Shown here: positions 38,730 to 47,640 of the stretch, piece after piece
Numbering within the stretch: position 1 is the stretch's first letter
Layout: the number at the start of each line of letters is the position of its first letter
From: Candidatus Poribacteria bacterium
GTDB lineage: Bacteria > Poribacteria > WGA-4E > PCPOR2b
Assembly: GCA_965208325.1 (NCBI GenBank)
Contig: OZ242326.1
Coordinates: 1,760,001-1,824,000, forward strand
Length of the DNA stretch: 64,000 bases
Direction: 5' to 3'
Translations under genes and position numbers: made by a program
The notes under the pieces: generated by a model
What the model saw: the letters and a program-made list of their open reading frames with translations, nothing else
What the model was told of the DNA's origin: nothing
The model's database searches: none

Positions 38730-38894
38730 ATGACGCCTGCGATAGTCGGGGATTATGACTATTCAGAGGGCTTTATGCTTATGGAAAATGCTGCTGTTAT
38801 GTCGCAACTCAGAATCAATAAACTCGAGACGTATGTGGAAGAACTAAGAGCTAGAATTGAACAGATAGAGGCGGAATTACCAGATAGAAAGTAG
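38730..38894 (+). CDS. 54-aa coiled-coil hypothetical protein
   Basis: MTPAIVGDYDYSEGFMLMENAAVMSQLRINKLETYVEELRARIEQIEAELPDRK; abuts upstream frame (TAAATG). Confidence 0.5.
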   Translation: MTPAIVGDYDYSEGFMLMENAAVMSQLRINKLETYVEELRARIEQIEAELPDRK

Positions 38895-38969
38895 CATTAA
38901 AAAGGCGTAGAGCGTGTAGCGTTACGTCCGCACGATAATGTTAACTTTATCTAACAGGAAGTGGTTATT

Positions 38970-39333
38970 ATGGATATTATAGAAACGGATAGTAGACTTT
39001 TACGACAATATAAAGGGGTAACTCGCTTTACCCTATGCACTCATATTACATCATCCGGTAATAGCCCCTTTAATAAATGGTTTAGTAAATTAGATGGAAC
39101 ACAGAAGAATCAGGTGCGAACTCGTTTAGACCGGGTACAGAATGGACAAATGGGCCACAGTAAATCTGTTAGACAGAACATGGAGGCGATTTTATTCAAA
39201 AGTGGGATGAGAATTTACTTTAACACGTGAGTCCCCAAACGTTATAATTTTGTTATGTGGAGGCAACAAAGCTTCACAAGATAGGGACATTAACCAAGCT
39301 CTAAAATTTATAGGTGAAAGATATGGAAAATAA
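38970..39333 (+). pseudogene. RelE/ParE-superfamily addiction-module killer (HI1419-like), frameshifted
   Basis: SGNSPFNKWFSKL...RLDRVQNGQMGHSKSV...GMRIYF; an apparent extra base near 39222 puts the family C-terminus VIILLCGGNKASQDRDINQA in the +1 frame. Confidence 0.85.
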
Positions 39334-39562
39334 CACGCAAGACTATAGAGAACATCAAATTCAAGACTTGTGGGAAGATCCTTATGCTATACTTGATTAC
39401 TTAAAAGCCTCTCTTGAAGCGTATAACGAAGACGGAAACCATGAAGCTCTAATAATTGCCTTATACACTATTGATAAGGCACTAGATGAACCTTTAGGGA
39501 CAGTCATTATACAAACAATGCAGAAGTTACATGAGCAACCTAAGCCGCTGATAGAAGTCTAA
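39323..39562 (+). CDS. Addiction-module antidote-like protein (HI1420-like N-terminus, no clear HTH)
   Basis: DYLKASLEAYNEDGNHEALIIALYTI; overlaps the end of the toxin frame. Confidence 0.7.
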   Translation: MENNTQDYREHQIQDLWEDPYAILDYLKASLEAYNEDGNHEALIIALYTIDKALDEPLGTVIIQTMQKLHEQPKPLIEV

Positions 39563-39598
39563 CCTTTAATTCCTTAAAAGTTTTATAAGGAGCATATT

Positions 39599-39892
39599 AT
39601 GTCTAAGCATGATGAAATAGCCAGAGAAATTGCTACGAAACATGGGGTGAGATACAATAAAGGAAAAGGGGTTGACGTAGTTACTTCAACGAAAGCAATT
39701 GAGGTGGAAACTGAAAATTCGGTGTCGGAAGCAAAAGGGCAGTTATCCCACTATAAAACTCGTACACCCTATGTCGCGGGCGTAGATAGTAAAACTGTAA
39801 AGAAAGCGAAAGAAGTTTATAAAGGTACGGGGATCGGGGTAATGGATAGTAAGGGTAAGATAGTTAAGCGTGGGCGTCGTAAACGCAACTAA
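39599..39892 (+). CDS. Small basic PD-(D/E)xK-like protein
   Basis: AAGGAG RBS; GVDVV...AIEVET...AKGQLSHY...GIGV pattern; followed by terminator. Confidence 0.65.
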   Translation: MSKHDEIAREIATKHGVRYNKGKGVDVVTSTKAIEVETENSVSEAKGQLSHYKTRTPYVAGVDSKTVKKAKEVYKGTGIGVMDSKGKIVKRGRRKRN

Positions 39893-39913
39893 CAACAATC
39901 TTAAATATCATTG

Positions 39914-39943
39914 GGGCAGGGTCAGTATTCCTGCCCTTTTTTT
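39914..39943 (+). terminator. Rho-independent terminator
   Basis: GGGCAGG...CCTGCCC stem followed by T7. Confidence 0.8.
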
Positions 39944-40353
39944 GCAGACATTTTACTACGCACCTAAAAGACTACGCGGGATTAAGGATCCGTCAAGGAT
40001 TTAGTAGTGGGGGTGTTGGGCCGAATCTTTGAGGGATGAGTTACACTTGGGTCGTCAGATAGCCCTCACTAGTATTCTCCGTACCGTCCACCAAACCGCG
40101 CCTTTGCCTTAGGTCAATTTTAGAATTTCAACTCTTGTGACGTGTGCATTAACCGGTTCGATGGTTGTATTTACCAAGTGCCTTAGTCTTAAGATTAGAC
40201 TATCATGCGGGGAATTCTATCGGCCTCGCAACGGGTTAGGCAGCTCGGCCAGTCCAACGAATAACAAGAGCGGCGCCAAAAGTCTATCCAACACATTCCT
40301 CACAGAATGTCTAGCCAAGAATTAGGCAGTGACCCCAATTGGTTGGACCGTAA

Positions 40354-40524
40354 AAAAAACTTGCCGAGAATCCCTACGCGCCAAACAACAATGTAACTCG
40401 CTTAAGAGGCAAGTCTAGATATCGGCTGAGAGTAGGCGATTGGCGGGTACTTTATGAAATTGATGACGACCTCCACATCATTGAAGTCATAAAAATTGGA
40501 ACTGTAGTCGGTGTTTATAGATGA
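40354..40524 (+). pseudogene. 5'-truncated RelE/StbE family toxin
   Basis: KKLAENPYAPNNNVTRLRGKSRYRLRVGDWRVLYEIDDDLHIIEVIKIG...VYR*; in-frame TAA at 40351 and no N-terminal half; ATGA overlap with antitoxin. Confidence 0.85.
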
Positions 40525-40886
40525 ACCTAGAAACCATCGAAAGAAACGGCCAGAAATTTGTTCTTGTACCGATAGACCAGTATAATCGAGTTTTAGAAGA
40601 TTTGGAAATGCTTGAAGACAATCGTGACATCGAAAGGATAATAGCCCTTGATGAGGAGGCATTCCCCAGTGAGTTGATTGATCGGTTGGTTCTTGAAGAC
40701 GAAAACCCGATTAAGGTGTTCCGCGAGTATCGTGGACTCACGCAGGAACAACTTGCAGAAAAATCCGGCATTCAACTCACGGATTTAGCAACAATTGAAA
40801 CAGAACAAGCGTCCGGATCTGTCGAATTGCGGAACCTGATTGCCGACGCACTCAATCTTGATGTCGATCTGATTTCAATTTCTTAG
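40521..40886 (+). CDS. Xre-family HTH antitoxin
   Basis: KFVLVPIDQY N-terminus; NPIKVFREYRGLTQEQLAEKSGI HTH. Confidence 0.88.
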   Translation: MNLETIERNGQKFVLVPIDQYNRVLEDLEMLEDNRDIERIIALDEEAFPSELIDRLVLEDENPIKVFREYRGLTQEQLAEKSGIQLTDLATIETEQASGSVELRNLIADALNLDVDLISIS

Positions 40887-40947
40887 TCATCACGTTACTT
40901 GCCTCGTCTTTCCCGTCCCCATCGTGTAAAAGAACTTGCGGCAATAC

Positions 40948-40974
40948 AAAAGCCGAGAGCATTCCCCCTCGGCT
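40948..40974 (-). terminator. Rho-independent terminator downstream of hicA
   Basis: AGCCGAG...CTCGGCT stem with short T-tract on minus strand. Confidence 0.55.
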
Positions 40975-40980
40975 GAACGA

Positions 40981-41166
40981 TTAGATGCTTGGTATTCCTA
41001 AATACCTACAAATTTTTTGAGCAGTTATATCAGCTATCTCCGTGTGCCGCGGTACAGTAGTTTTCGAATCAGATTCCGGGTTAATCCATATGGAGTGGTT
41101 TCTTCATTCTCTATGCAATTTACAGTTGTTCGTGCGTAAATGCTTTAGTAGTTTCTGTCGTTTCAT
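40981..41166 (-). pseudogene. hicA: HicA family toxin with nonsense codon
   Basis: MKRQKLLKHLRTNNCKLHRE*RNHSIWINP...TTVPRHTEI...KICRYLGIP; TGA at the position of the Gly preceding the catalytic His. Confidence 0.88.
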
Positions 41167-41622
41167 TCATAAATCGACTCATAGGTAAATTGGCACTTCC
41201 TGATAATCGTTATCAGATATGTTTCTTCTTGGTTTCTCGCTATCACAGTCTAGAATATCCGCTAACCCCAAATGTAATGATTCGATAAGCTCCTCATAAG
41301 TATGTTCTTGGCAAACTACGCCCGGAATTTCCTTAATCCAGCATATCCACCATTTATCGTGTTGCTGGATAATGGCGGTATATTCTTTCTGGTTTGTGCT
41401 TGTCACATCACGTTCCCCCATTTTAGCTGCTGCGCAATGTTGCAATAATGCCGCATAACATGAGCATTTCTACTGTATTCTTTAGTATACTATATATATA
41501 TCTTTGTAAGTGTCAAATAATTTCTTGTGATCTTTCCCCCATCCATTAGATAGTTTTGAAAAAGATTAAAGGTGGAGATCTGTGCCAATTCAATGCAATC
41601 CCGTTATTTCTTCGTTAATAGC
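41091..41622. repeat. 532-bp direct duplication, copy 1
   Basis: Matches 42935-43466 with about 11 substitutions counted by eye. Confidence 0.93.
41179..41406 (-). CDS. hicB: HicB family antitoxin (short form), copy 1
   Basis: EYTAIIQQHDKWWICWIKEIPGVVCQEHTYEELIESL; GTG start after GGGGGA chosen. Confidence 0.8.
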   Translation of the reverse strand: MTSTNQKEYTAIIQQHDKWWICWIKEIPGVVCQEHTYEELIESLHLGLADILDCDSEKPRRNISDNDYQEVPIYL

Positions 41623-41742
41623 TGTAATTACCCCCAAAAACTAGACAATTGAATAAGAGATCTTTTCGACTAGAAAAATGGTCATCATCTGAGCGAAAAT
41701 AGGACTCGGAAACGCCAAGAAAAAGAAAGGAGTTTCTCCACC

Positions 41743-42030
41743 ATGTCCCGTAGAATACAGCGTGATGGCCGATTCAAAGCGCAAGTGGCTCTTGAAGCTA
41801 TCAAGAATCAGCAGACTATCAGTCAAATTGCCAGTGAATACGGTGTCAATCCGGCACAAGTTAGCCAATGGAAAAAACAAGTGCTTGAGGAATTACCTCA
41901 ACTCTTTGCGAAGGGACGTTCGAAAACAGCTTCCGACAACGACGAGCTAGTGTCTGAACTGTATCGCCAGATTGGTCAGTTGAAGGTAGAACTGGACTGG
42001 CTTCAAAAAAAAACGTCCCGCCTCCGTTGA
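41743..42030 (+). CDS. IS3 transposase OrfA (HTH)
   Basis: FKAQVALEA...IASEYGVNPAQVSQWKKQ...LYRQIGQLKVELDWLQKK. Confidence 0.92.
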   Translation: MSRRIQRDGRFKAQVALEAIKNQQTISQIASEYGVNPAQVSQWKKQVLEELPQLFAKGRSKTASDNDELVSELYRQIGQLKVELDWLQKKTSRLR

Positions 42031-42847
42031 ACAGCAGCGGCAGCTTGTTGAACCGGAGTGCCGTTCATTGTCGATTGCAAGACAGTGCGAGCTCTTAGGC
42101 TTGCCTAGAGCATCGTTCTATTACACTCCTGTAGGGGAGTCTTCACAAAATCTGCTGTATATGCGTCTGTTAGACGAACAGTACACCAAGACGCCGTGGT
42201 GTGGGGTGCCTAAGTTAACGGATTGGCTTCGTCGTCAAGGATATGTGGTCAATCCGAAACGAGTCGCACGGTTAATGCGGAAGATGGGATTAGTTGCCAT
42301 TTATCCCAAGCCCAAGACCTCCAGAATGGGCAAGCCGTCGAAAGTGTACCCCTATCTGTTGAACGGATTAAGTATTACCAGACCGAACCATGTCTGGGCA
42401 ACTGATATCACCTATATTCGTTTAAGCCATGGCTTTGTTTATCTGGTAGCCATTATGGATTGGTTTTCCCGCTATGTGTTGTCATGGGAACTTTCAAACT
42501 CCCTTGACGTGTTCTTTTGCCTATCGGCGCTGGAACGGGCGCTTGGTAAAGCGAGTCCATTAATATTCAACAACGACCAAGGAAGTCAATTTACTTCCGA
42601 GGCGTTTACTGCTAGACTTGAAGCCTCTGGCATAGCCATTAGTTGGAACGGCAGAGGCCGTTACTTTGACAACATCTTCGTTGAACGACTTTGGCGCAGT
42701 GTTAAGTATGAGGAGGTTTACCTCAACGACTATGACTCAATGAACACGGCTCGGCGCCGCTTGAGACATTATTTCAACTATTACAACCGAGAGCGGTCAC
42801 ATCAATCGCTCGAATACCGTACACCTTACGAGGTGTATTTTCACTAA
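42014..42847 (+). CDS. IS3 transposase OrfB (DDE integrase core), joined to OrfA at an A9 run
   Basis: SIARQCELLG, WATDITY, DQGSQF, DNIFVERLWRSVKYE; frame open back through the A9 run at 42005-42013. Confidence 0.92.
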   Translation, partial: RPASVEQQRQLVEPECRSLSIARQCELLGLPRASFYYTPVGESSQNLLYMRLLDEQYTKTPWCGVPKLTDWLRRQGYVVNPKRVARLMRKMGLVAIYPKPKTSRMGKPSKVYPYLLNGLSITRPNHVWATDITYIRLSHGFVYLVAIMDWFSRYVLSWELSNSLDVFFCLSALERALGKASPLIFNNDQGSQFTSEAFTARLEASGIAISWNGRGRYFDNIFVERLWRSVKYEEVYLNDYDSMNTARRRLRHYFNYYNRERSHQSLEYRTPYEVYFH

Positions 42848-42934
42848 CTTCAGGCGTTGAAAATTGACCAGAATTAGTCAGGTTTTATTACTTAAATCTC
42901 GTTAGTTTCTGTCTAAAGGATGGGGGTAAGTTAT

Positions 42935-43466
42935 TGGAGTGGTTTCTTCATTCTCTATGCAATTTACAGTTGTTCGTGCGTAAATGCTTTAGTAGTTTTT
43001 GTCGTTTCATTCATAAATCGACTCATAGGTAAATTGGCACTTCCTGATAATCGTTATCAGATATGTTTCTTCTTGGTTTCTCGCTATCACAGTCTAGAAT
43101 ACCCTCTAACCCCAAATGTAGTGATTCGATAAGCTCCTCATAAGTATGTTCTTGGCAAACTACGCCCGGAATTTCCTTAATCCAGCCTATCCACCATTTA
43201 TCGTGTTGCTGGATAATGGCGGTATATTCTTTCTGGTTTGTACTTGTCACGCCACGTTCCCCCATGTTAGCTGCTGCGCAATGTTGCAATAATGCCGCAT
43301 TACATGAGCATTTCTACTGTATTCTTTAGTATACTATATATATATCTTTGTAAGTGTCAAATAATTTCTTGTGATCTTTCACCCATCCATTAGATAGTTT
43401 TGAAAAAGATTAAAGGTGGAGATCTGTGCCAATTCAATGCAATCCCGTTATTTCTTCGTTAATAGC
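42935..43466. repeat. 532-bp direct duplication, copy 2 (5' part of hicA, hicB, end of WG-repeat gene)
   Basis: Matches 41091-41622. Confidence 0.93.
43023..43250 (-). CDS. hicB: HicB family antitoxin, copy 2
   Basis: Near-identical to 41179-41406 (WWIGW vs WWICW, LEGIL vs LADIL). Confidence 0.8.
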   Translation of the reverse strand: MTSTNQKEYTAIIQQHDKWWIGWIKEIPGVVCQEHTYEELIESLHLGLEGILDCDSEKPRRNISDNDYQEVPIYL

Positions 43467-44725
43467 CTTCCACGCGCGTCAATGAATCCCCATTTCCCAT
43501 TTAGTCGAATCGCTGCTAACCCTTCTGAAAAATCGCGGGCCATTTGGTATTTAGGTTCAATGATGTATTTGCCCGTTTTATCGATATATCCCCATTTGCC
43601 GATACTTTCGCCCAGAAGTTCTGCCCATGCATGAGCGGGTTTGCCAGCATTTACTTTTGCCAATCCCTCCGAAAAATCTCCTGCTCCGTTGAACTGGGGC
43701 CTGATTTTTACCGATCCCGTTTTATCAATGTATCCATATTTGTCACCGACTTTAACCCATGCTAATCCTTCAGAGAAACTTCCGGCATCATTAAATTCAG
43801 GGCCAATCACAACCGTCCCTTTTTTGTTGATAAATACATGCCTCCAATCTCCAGTAAAGAACTCATTAGTATTTACGTCCCACATCATACAATGTGCTAA
43901 TCCCTCTGAAAAATTGGACACCAGATTGAACTGCGGCTCAACAGCTATATTTCCGGATTTGTCAATGAATCCCCATAGTGTCGGTTCACCCGTTTCAGCA
44001 GGCGGAGCGATAGCCGCCAAGCCGTCCCGGAAATTCCGTGCGTGATTGAACACAGCTTCAATAACTACGCTGCCTGTCTTATCAATATACCCCCATATGC
44101 GATACCCATCCGCATCCGTCTGTTCCAAAGGCGCAACGCCTTCTGAAAATGATGGAGCGAATACAGACGGAAATTTCGGAACGTCAGTAAGTTCAGACTT
44201 GTCATGAGTTTTCAGATTTTTTTCAACATATCGAGCAAAATTTAAAGGAAACTCAAGACTATCTAACTGGATAACCATTTCACCTTGTTTATTAATATAA
44301 CCGGGCCTGCCATTTTTCGAGACCCAAGCAAGTCCATCTGCGAACGCCTTCGCTGAATCAAATTGAGGAGTGATTGCTATAACGCCTTGCTTATTCACGT
44401 ACCCGTACTTTCCGTTAAGAACAACAACAGCTAACCCCCCAGAAAATGAAATTGCACTGGCGCCATCCCATTTCGCCAAGGAAGGATCTGGCAATTCAAA
44501 CTTGGGACTGATAACTGTCCGACCTGTCGTGTCTATGTATCCGTATTTGTTATCAACGACAATAACAGCTAAACCCTCAGAAAAAGTACCTGCCTCATCG
44601 AACCATAACCCATCACCCAGATTAAAGGCACCGTAAAGGAACGCCGTAAACAGGAAAACTGAGCATAATGTCCATAAATATTTCATTCGGTAGAGCTTCG
44701 GACGCGGTGCAATATTTAAGCGCAT
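43448..44725 (-). CDS. WG-repeat (KWG Leptospira-type) exported protein
   Basis: Repeated FSEGLA...KYGYIDKTG...P-x-F units; hydrophobic N-terminus. Confidence 0.9.
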   Translation of the reverse strand: MRLNIAPRPKLYRMKYLWTLCSVFLFTAFLYGAFNLGDGLWFDEAGTFSEGLAVIVVDNKYGYIDTTGRTVISPKFELPDPSLAKWDGASAISFSGGLAVVVLNGKYGYVNKQGVIAITPQFDSAKAFADGLAWVSKNGRPGYINKQGEMVIQLDSLEFPLNFARYVEKNLKTHDKSELTDVPKFPSVFAPSFSEGVAPLEQTDADGYRIWGYIDKTGSVVIEAVFNHARNFRDGLAAIAPPAETGEPTLWGFIDKSGNIAVEPQFNLVSNFSEGLAHCMMWDVNTNEFFTGDWRHVFINKKGTVVIGPEFNDAGSFSEGLAWVKVGDKYGYIDKTGSVKIRPQFNGAGDFSEGLAKVNAGKPAHAWAELLGESIGKWGYIDKTGKYIIEPKYQMARDFSEGLAAIRLNGKWGFIDARGRLLTKK

Positions 44726-44988
44726 AATCTGCCTCCAAATCGAATTGTTATATACAATTTTCGGTTAACTTAATTTCAATTGAGACCTGTCCTATTGACT
44801 CTAACGCCATTAGACACCTTACCTAATTAACTCAATGTGGTTGACAATACTGATGCGACATCCGACTCTGGAATTATTTTGGAAAGTTGCCAAATACGTT
44901 TTCTAAACACGCCTGAAAAAACTATCATTGATTTAACGAACGAAGATTCGCTCTGGGGCTTTGGCTTGTGACTGCTGATGCGGCGTTA

Positions 44989-45110
44989 AGGGCAGGCACA
45001 AGACCTGCCCTTACATAATCCTTGCAGGGGCAACCACAAGGGTTGCCCCTACAGCGTATTAGCCAAATGTGAGAGTAGTCCTTTTTCACCTGCCGCCCCG
45101 CTGGGGCTAG
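44989..45110. repeat. Cluster of short REP-like palindromes
   Basis: GGGCAGGCACAAGACCTGCCC and AGGGGCAACCACAAGGGTTGCCCCTAC hairpins, plus GCCCCGCTGGGGC. Confidence 0.6.
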
Positions 45111-46053
45111 ATGTTGATGTGTAACAGTGATTTCTATTTTTCTGAAAAAACTATCTTCGATTTGACGATCGAAGATCCCGTCTGGGGCTATCGGGCGGCG
45201 GAATTATTTTGGAAAGGTGTCTGTTGTAAGGTACATGCCTTACGTCAAGATTAGGGTTTAGATGGCAAATTCTTTGTCGTCTTTGATTGAAAGCCGCGGT
45301 TAACGACCTACTACGCTCATTTTACAACGTGTTCTCTACGGCTTAACACCTCGGTCGTTTCGCGGTTTATCCTTCAGGCGATACAGATTTCGGAGTCACT
45401 TGTGATACCGGTTTCTTTTGCCGCATTATCAGTAGGCGACGTAGAACCATATTTGCATCGTTACTCGTGCAGGGTGATAAATCACTAAAATTTCCAGGCT
45501 GGATTGTTCGAATGAGTTACGAATGTCGTCCACATCGTCGCAAGTATTAAAACGATACACTCTATTGCTATCCGGAGTTCCGATCGGACGTTGCGTGCGA
45601 GTCTGCTTCGCTTGATTGAGCAATAAACCAACGTCCCCATAACAATTTGGATTCACAACACCGGGTTCGGTGCAAGTAACATCGGGTTAATAATTGGTTT
45701 TAAGGAATCTGATATAAACACCAAAACACCCAATTGGATTACTACGGTTGACAAAAATCACAAACATAGTAGCGGGCAGATAGCTTCAAGCCAAAAAATC
45801 AAACCGCGCCCAACTTAATATGTAAACAAAATACCTACTGCGATCGAGGCATAACGCCTGACATGGGTCGCCCCTTGTGCATTCTAGGTAACGGTCTTGA
45901 ACGTTTTTTGCGTAACTGTCCGAATAACATCATTACCCCGTCAAATAGATAACTTAACATTAGGGCAATCGTCAAAGACATCGCATAAACAATCACGAGG
46001 TGAATAAGGCTGCGCATTTTCCAGTCCCCAAATTTAATTCCGAGAGTCAAAAG

Positions 46054-46734
46054 TTAGTCGAAATAGTCGTTGTAGCTAGGCCCGTCGTCCATAGCCACTA
46101 GAATCAATCCAATCACCGCCCCAATCGCCAGCGCCGCTAAAATCGCGGCGTCCTCTTTAGGGTCATTGAGAAACCTTTTTGGACTTTATCGTTATAAAGA
46201 ACGGCGCGTGTCCTTCGATCTGAAGTGTTATATGATGGAAATCATCACGAACAAGTTTTACTATCGCGGGGTGTATCCATCATATATAATATATGGCGGC
46301 GGTACTAGGGCAACAGGAGGTTCGGTGAAAACAAGAAGCATCAAAAACTTCACCGTAGACAGTGTCCCTGAGTTCACTAAGCTCAGGTTGAATGACACAA
46401 TCTGATACCTAACCCTAGCACCGCCATGGGTTTTATTGGTGACGGAAACAGAACGTGGAGGCGCGATAAAATAATCAAAAATTTGCTGCCACTTTAATAA
46501 TGAAGTCGCCCAGCTCCTCAACTGAGCACGTTGACCTTATTAGCTTGATTGTCCTACTTACGCCATTTATTAGTGTTAGTGGGAATTCCTCCAGTCCGTG
46601 AATACATTGTCAAAACGGCGTTGAAGGCGCCAGCTGAATATCGCAAAATCTTGCTTTCGGCCGCCTACAACTGCGGCGCAACCTGTAACGATATGAACCA
46701 AGGCCAATAAACTGACTGTTTGAATAAATTTCAT
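46054..46734 (-). pseudogene. Decayed lipoprotein gene(s), possibly PEGA-domain
   Basis: Fragments across frames: MKFIQTVSLLALVHIVTGCAAVVGGRKQ (lipobox), TEPPVALV...DGYTP / PAIVKLVRDDFHHITLQIEGHAP, hydrophobic tail AAILAALAIGAVIGLILVA. Confidence 0.4.
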
Positions 46735-47148
46735 AGCGCTGCTTTCTTTGTAATTCGCCATTCATCGGCTTCCGCGTATTTAATACGCATCAGTTTTCTT
46801 GCCGCAGTTCCATTACGTATTCGCTGGCATTTTTCTTTTTCACGGTTGCACTCCTACAAAAATACGAGCATTTCGTGAAAAAAACTAGCTGAACGTACAG
46901 CCTTGGGTATTCCCCTAAATCCAAAAGAGAAAACTAGAATCCGTCCATTATATGTTAATATATCATAATGATCGTATGTTAAGTATAATATGTTAGTATG
47001 GAAATGTCAAGTTTTTTTGTTAGCAACAATAATCGAATTATCTTTACCGGATTCGGAGGAATTTAATGTATATCTGGTGTTTTTTGATAAAGTCTCCGAA
47101 TCAGGATTAGGCGGGATGTCTGAATCGCGTCGAAACGGCAGGGCGAAG

Positions 47149-47380
47149 TTCTTGTAGGTTGGGTAGAGCCAAAATAGTAATTTCCACGCTCCAATATACG
47201 GCGAAATTTCACAGTAAGGTTTTCCACTATTTTGGGTAAAAACAGATAAGTATACAGTCCCAGACTGCCTTCTACGGCTGTCGTATCGCAGTTTTCTGTC
47301 CGGTTCGGCGTCAATTTACTGTGAAAACTGTGAAATGAAAAATGTTACCTGGTAAGAATTCTTGTAGGTTGGGTAGAGCC
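47149..47380 (+). repeat. Two direct copies of REP end TTCTTGTAGGTTGGGTAGAGCC
   Basis: 47149-47170 and 47359-47380; same family as 35768. Confidence 0.75.
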
Positions 47381-47640
47381 GAAGGTGTATCCCAGCGCTT
47401 TTACTACGAGGCCCCCTCTCGCTCACCCTTGGCAAGGGGGAAAATCATCGTGTGATTCGCGTGAACAGAATTTGATATATGGTCATTTAGGTTCATGTTT
47501 ACGCAAGGAGGGAGCGACTGATTGATTATCGAGGCTAGGAAGCCTCTCCCACAAACCAATGAGTAGAAGAATAATTCCAATTTCGTCAGGTTGAATTGCG
47601 GCTTGGGTTTGCAGCTTGGCGGGTAGGTTGAGAATTGGAC

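Larger units (their letters stand above)
41623..42933 (+). mobile_element. IS3-family insertion sequence
   Basis: Imperfect terminal IRs TGTAATTACCCCCAAAAACTAGACA and TGTCTAAAGGATGGGGGTAAGTTA; orfA plus orfB with DDE motifs. Confidence 0.93.

Noticed and set aside
40070..40093. TCCGTACCGTCCACCA resembling a tRNA/tmRNA 3' end (att site)
   Set aside because: No T-loop GTTC, no cloverleaf, no second copy and no integrase in the window.
38427..41166. Stop-codon reassignment in the island (in-frame TGA at a Gly position in hicA, TGA and TAG in the 100-codon ORF)
   Set aside because: Neighbouring island genes end in TGA (hicB, relE remnant) and TAG (xre antitoxin, 54-aa ORF), and other lesions are a frameshift and a truncation; ordinary decay explains it.
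45429..46050. Short ORFs at 45429-45656 and 45835-46050
   Set aside because: No recognisable motif or clear RBS; cannot be separated from decayed or random sequence.
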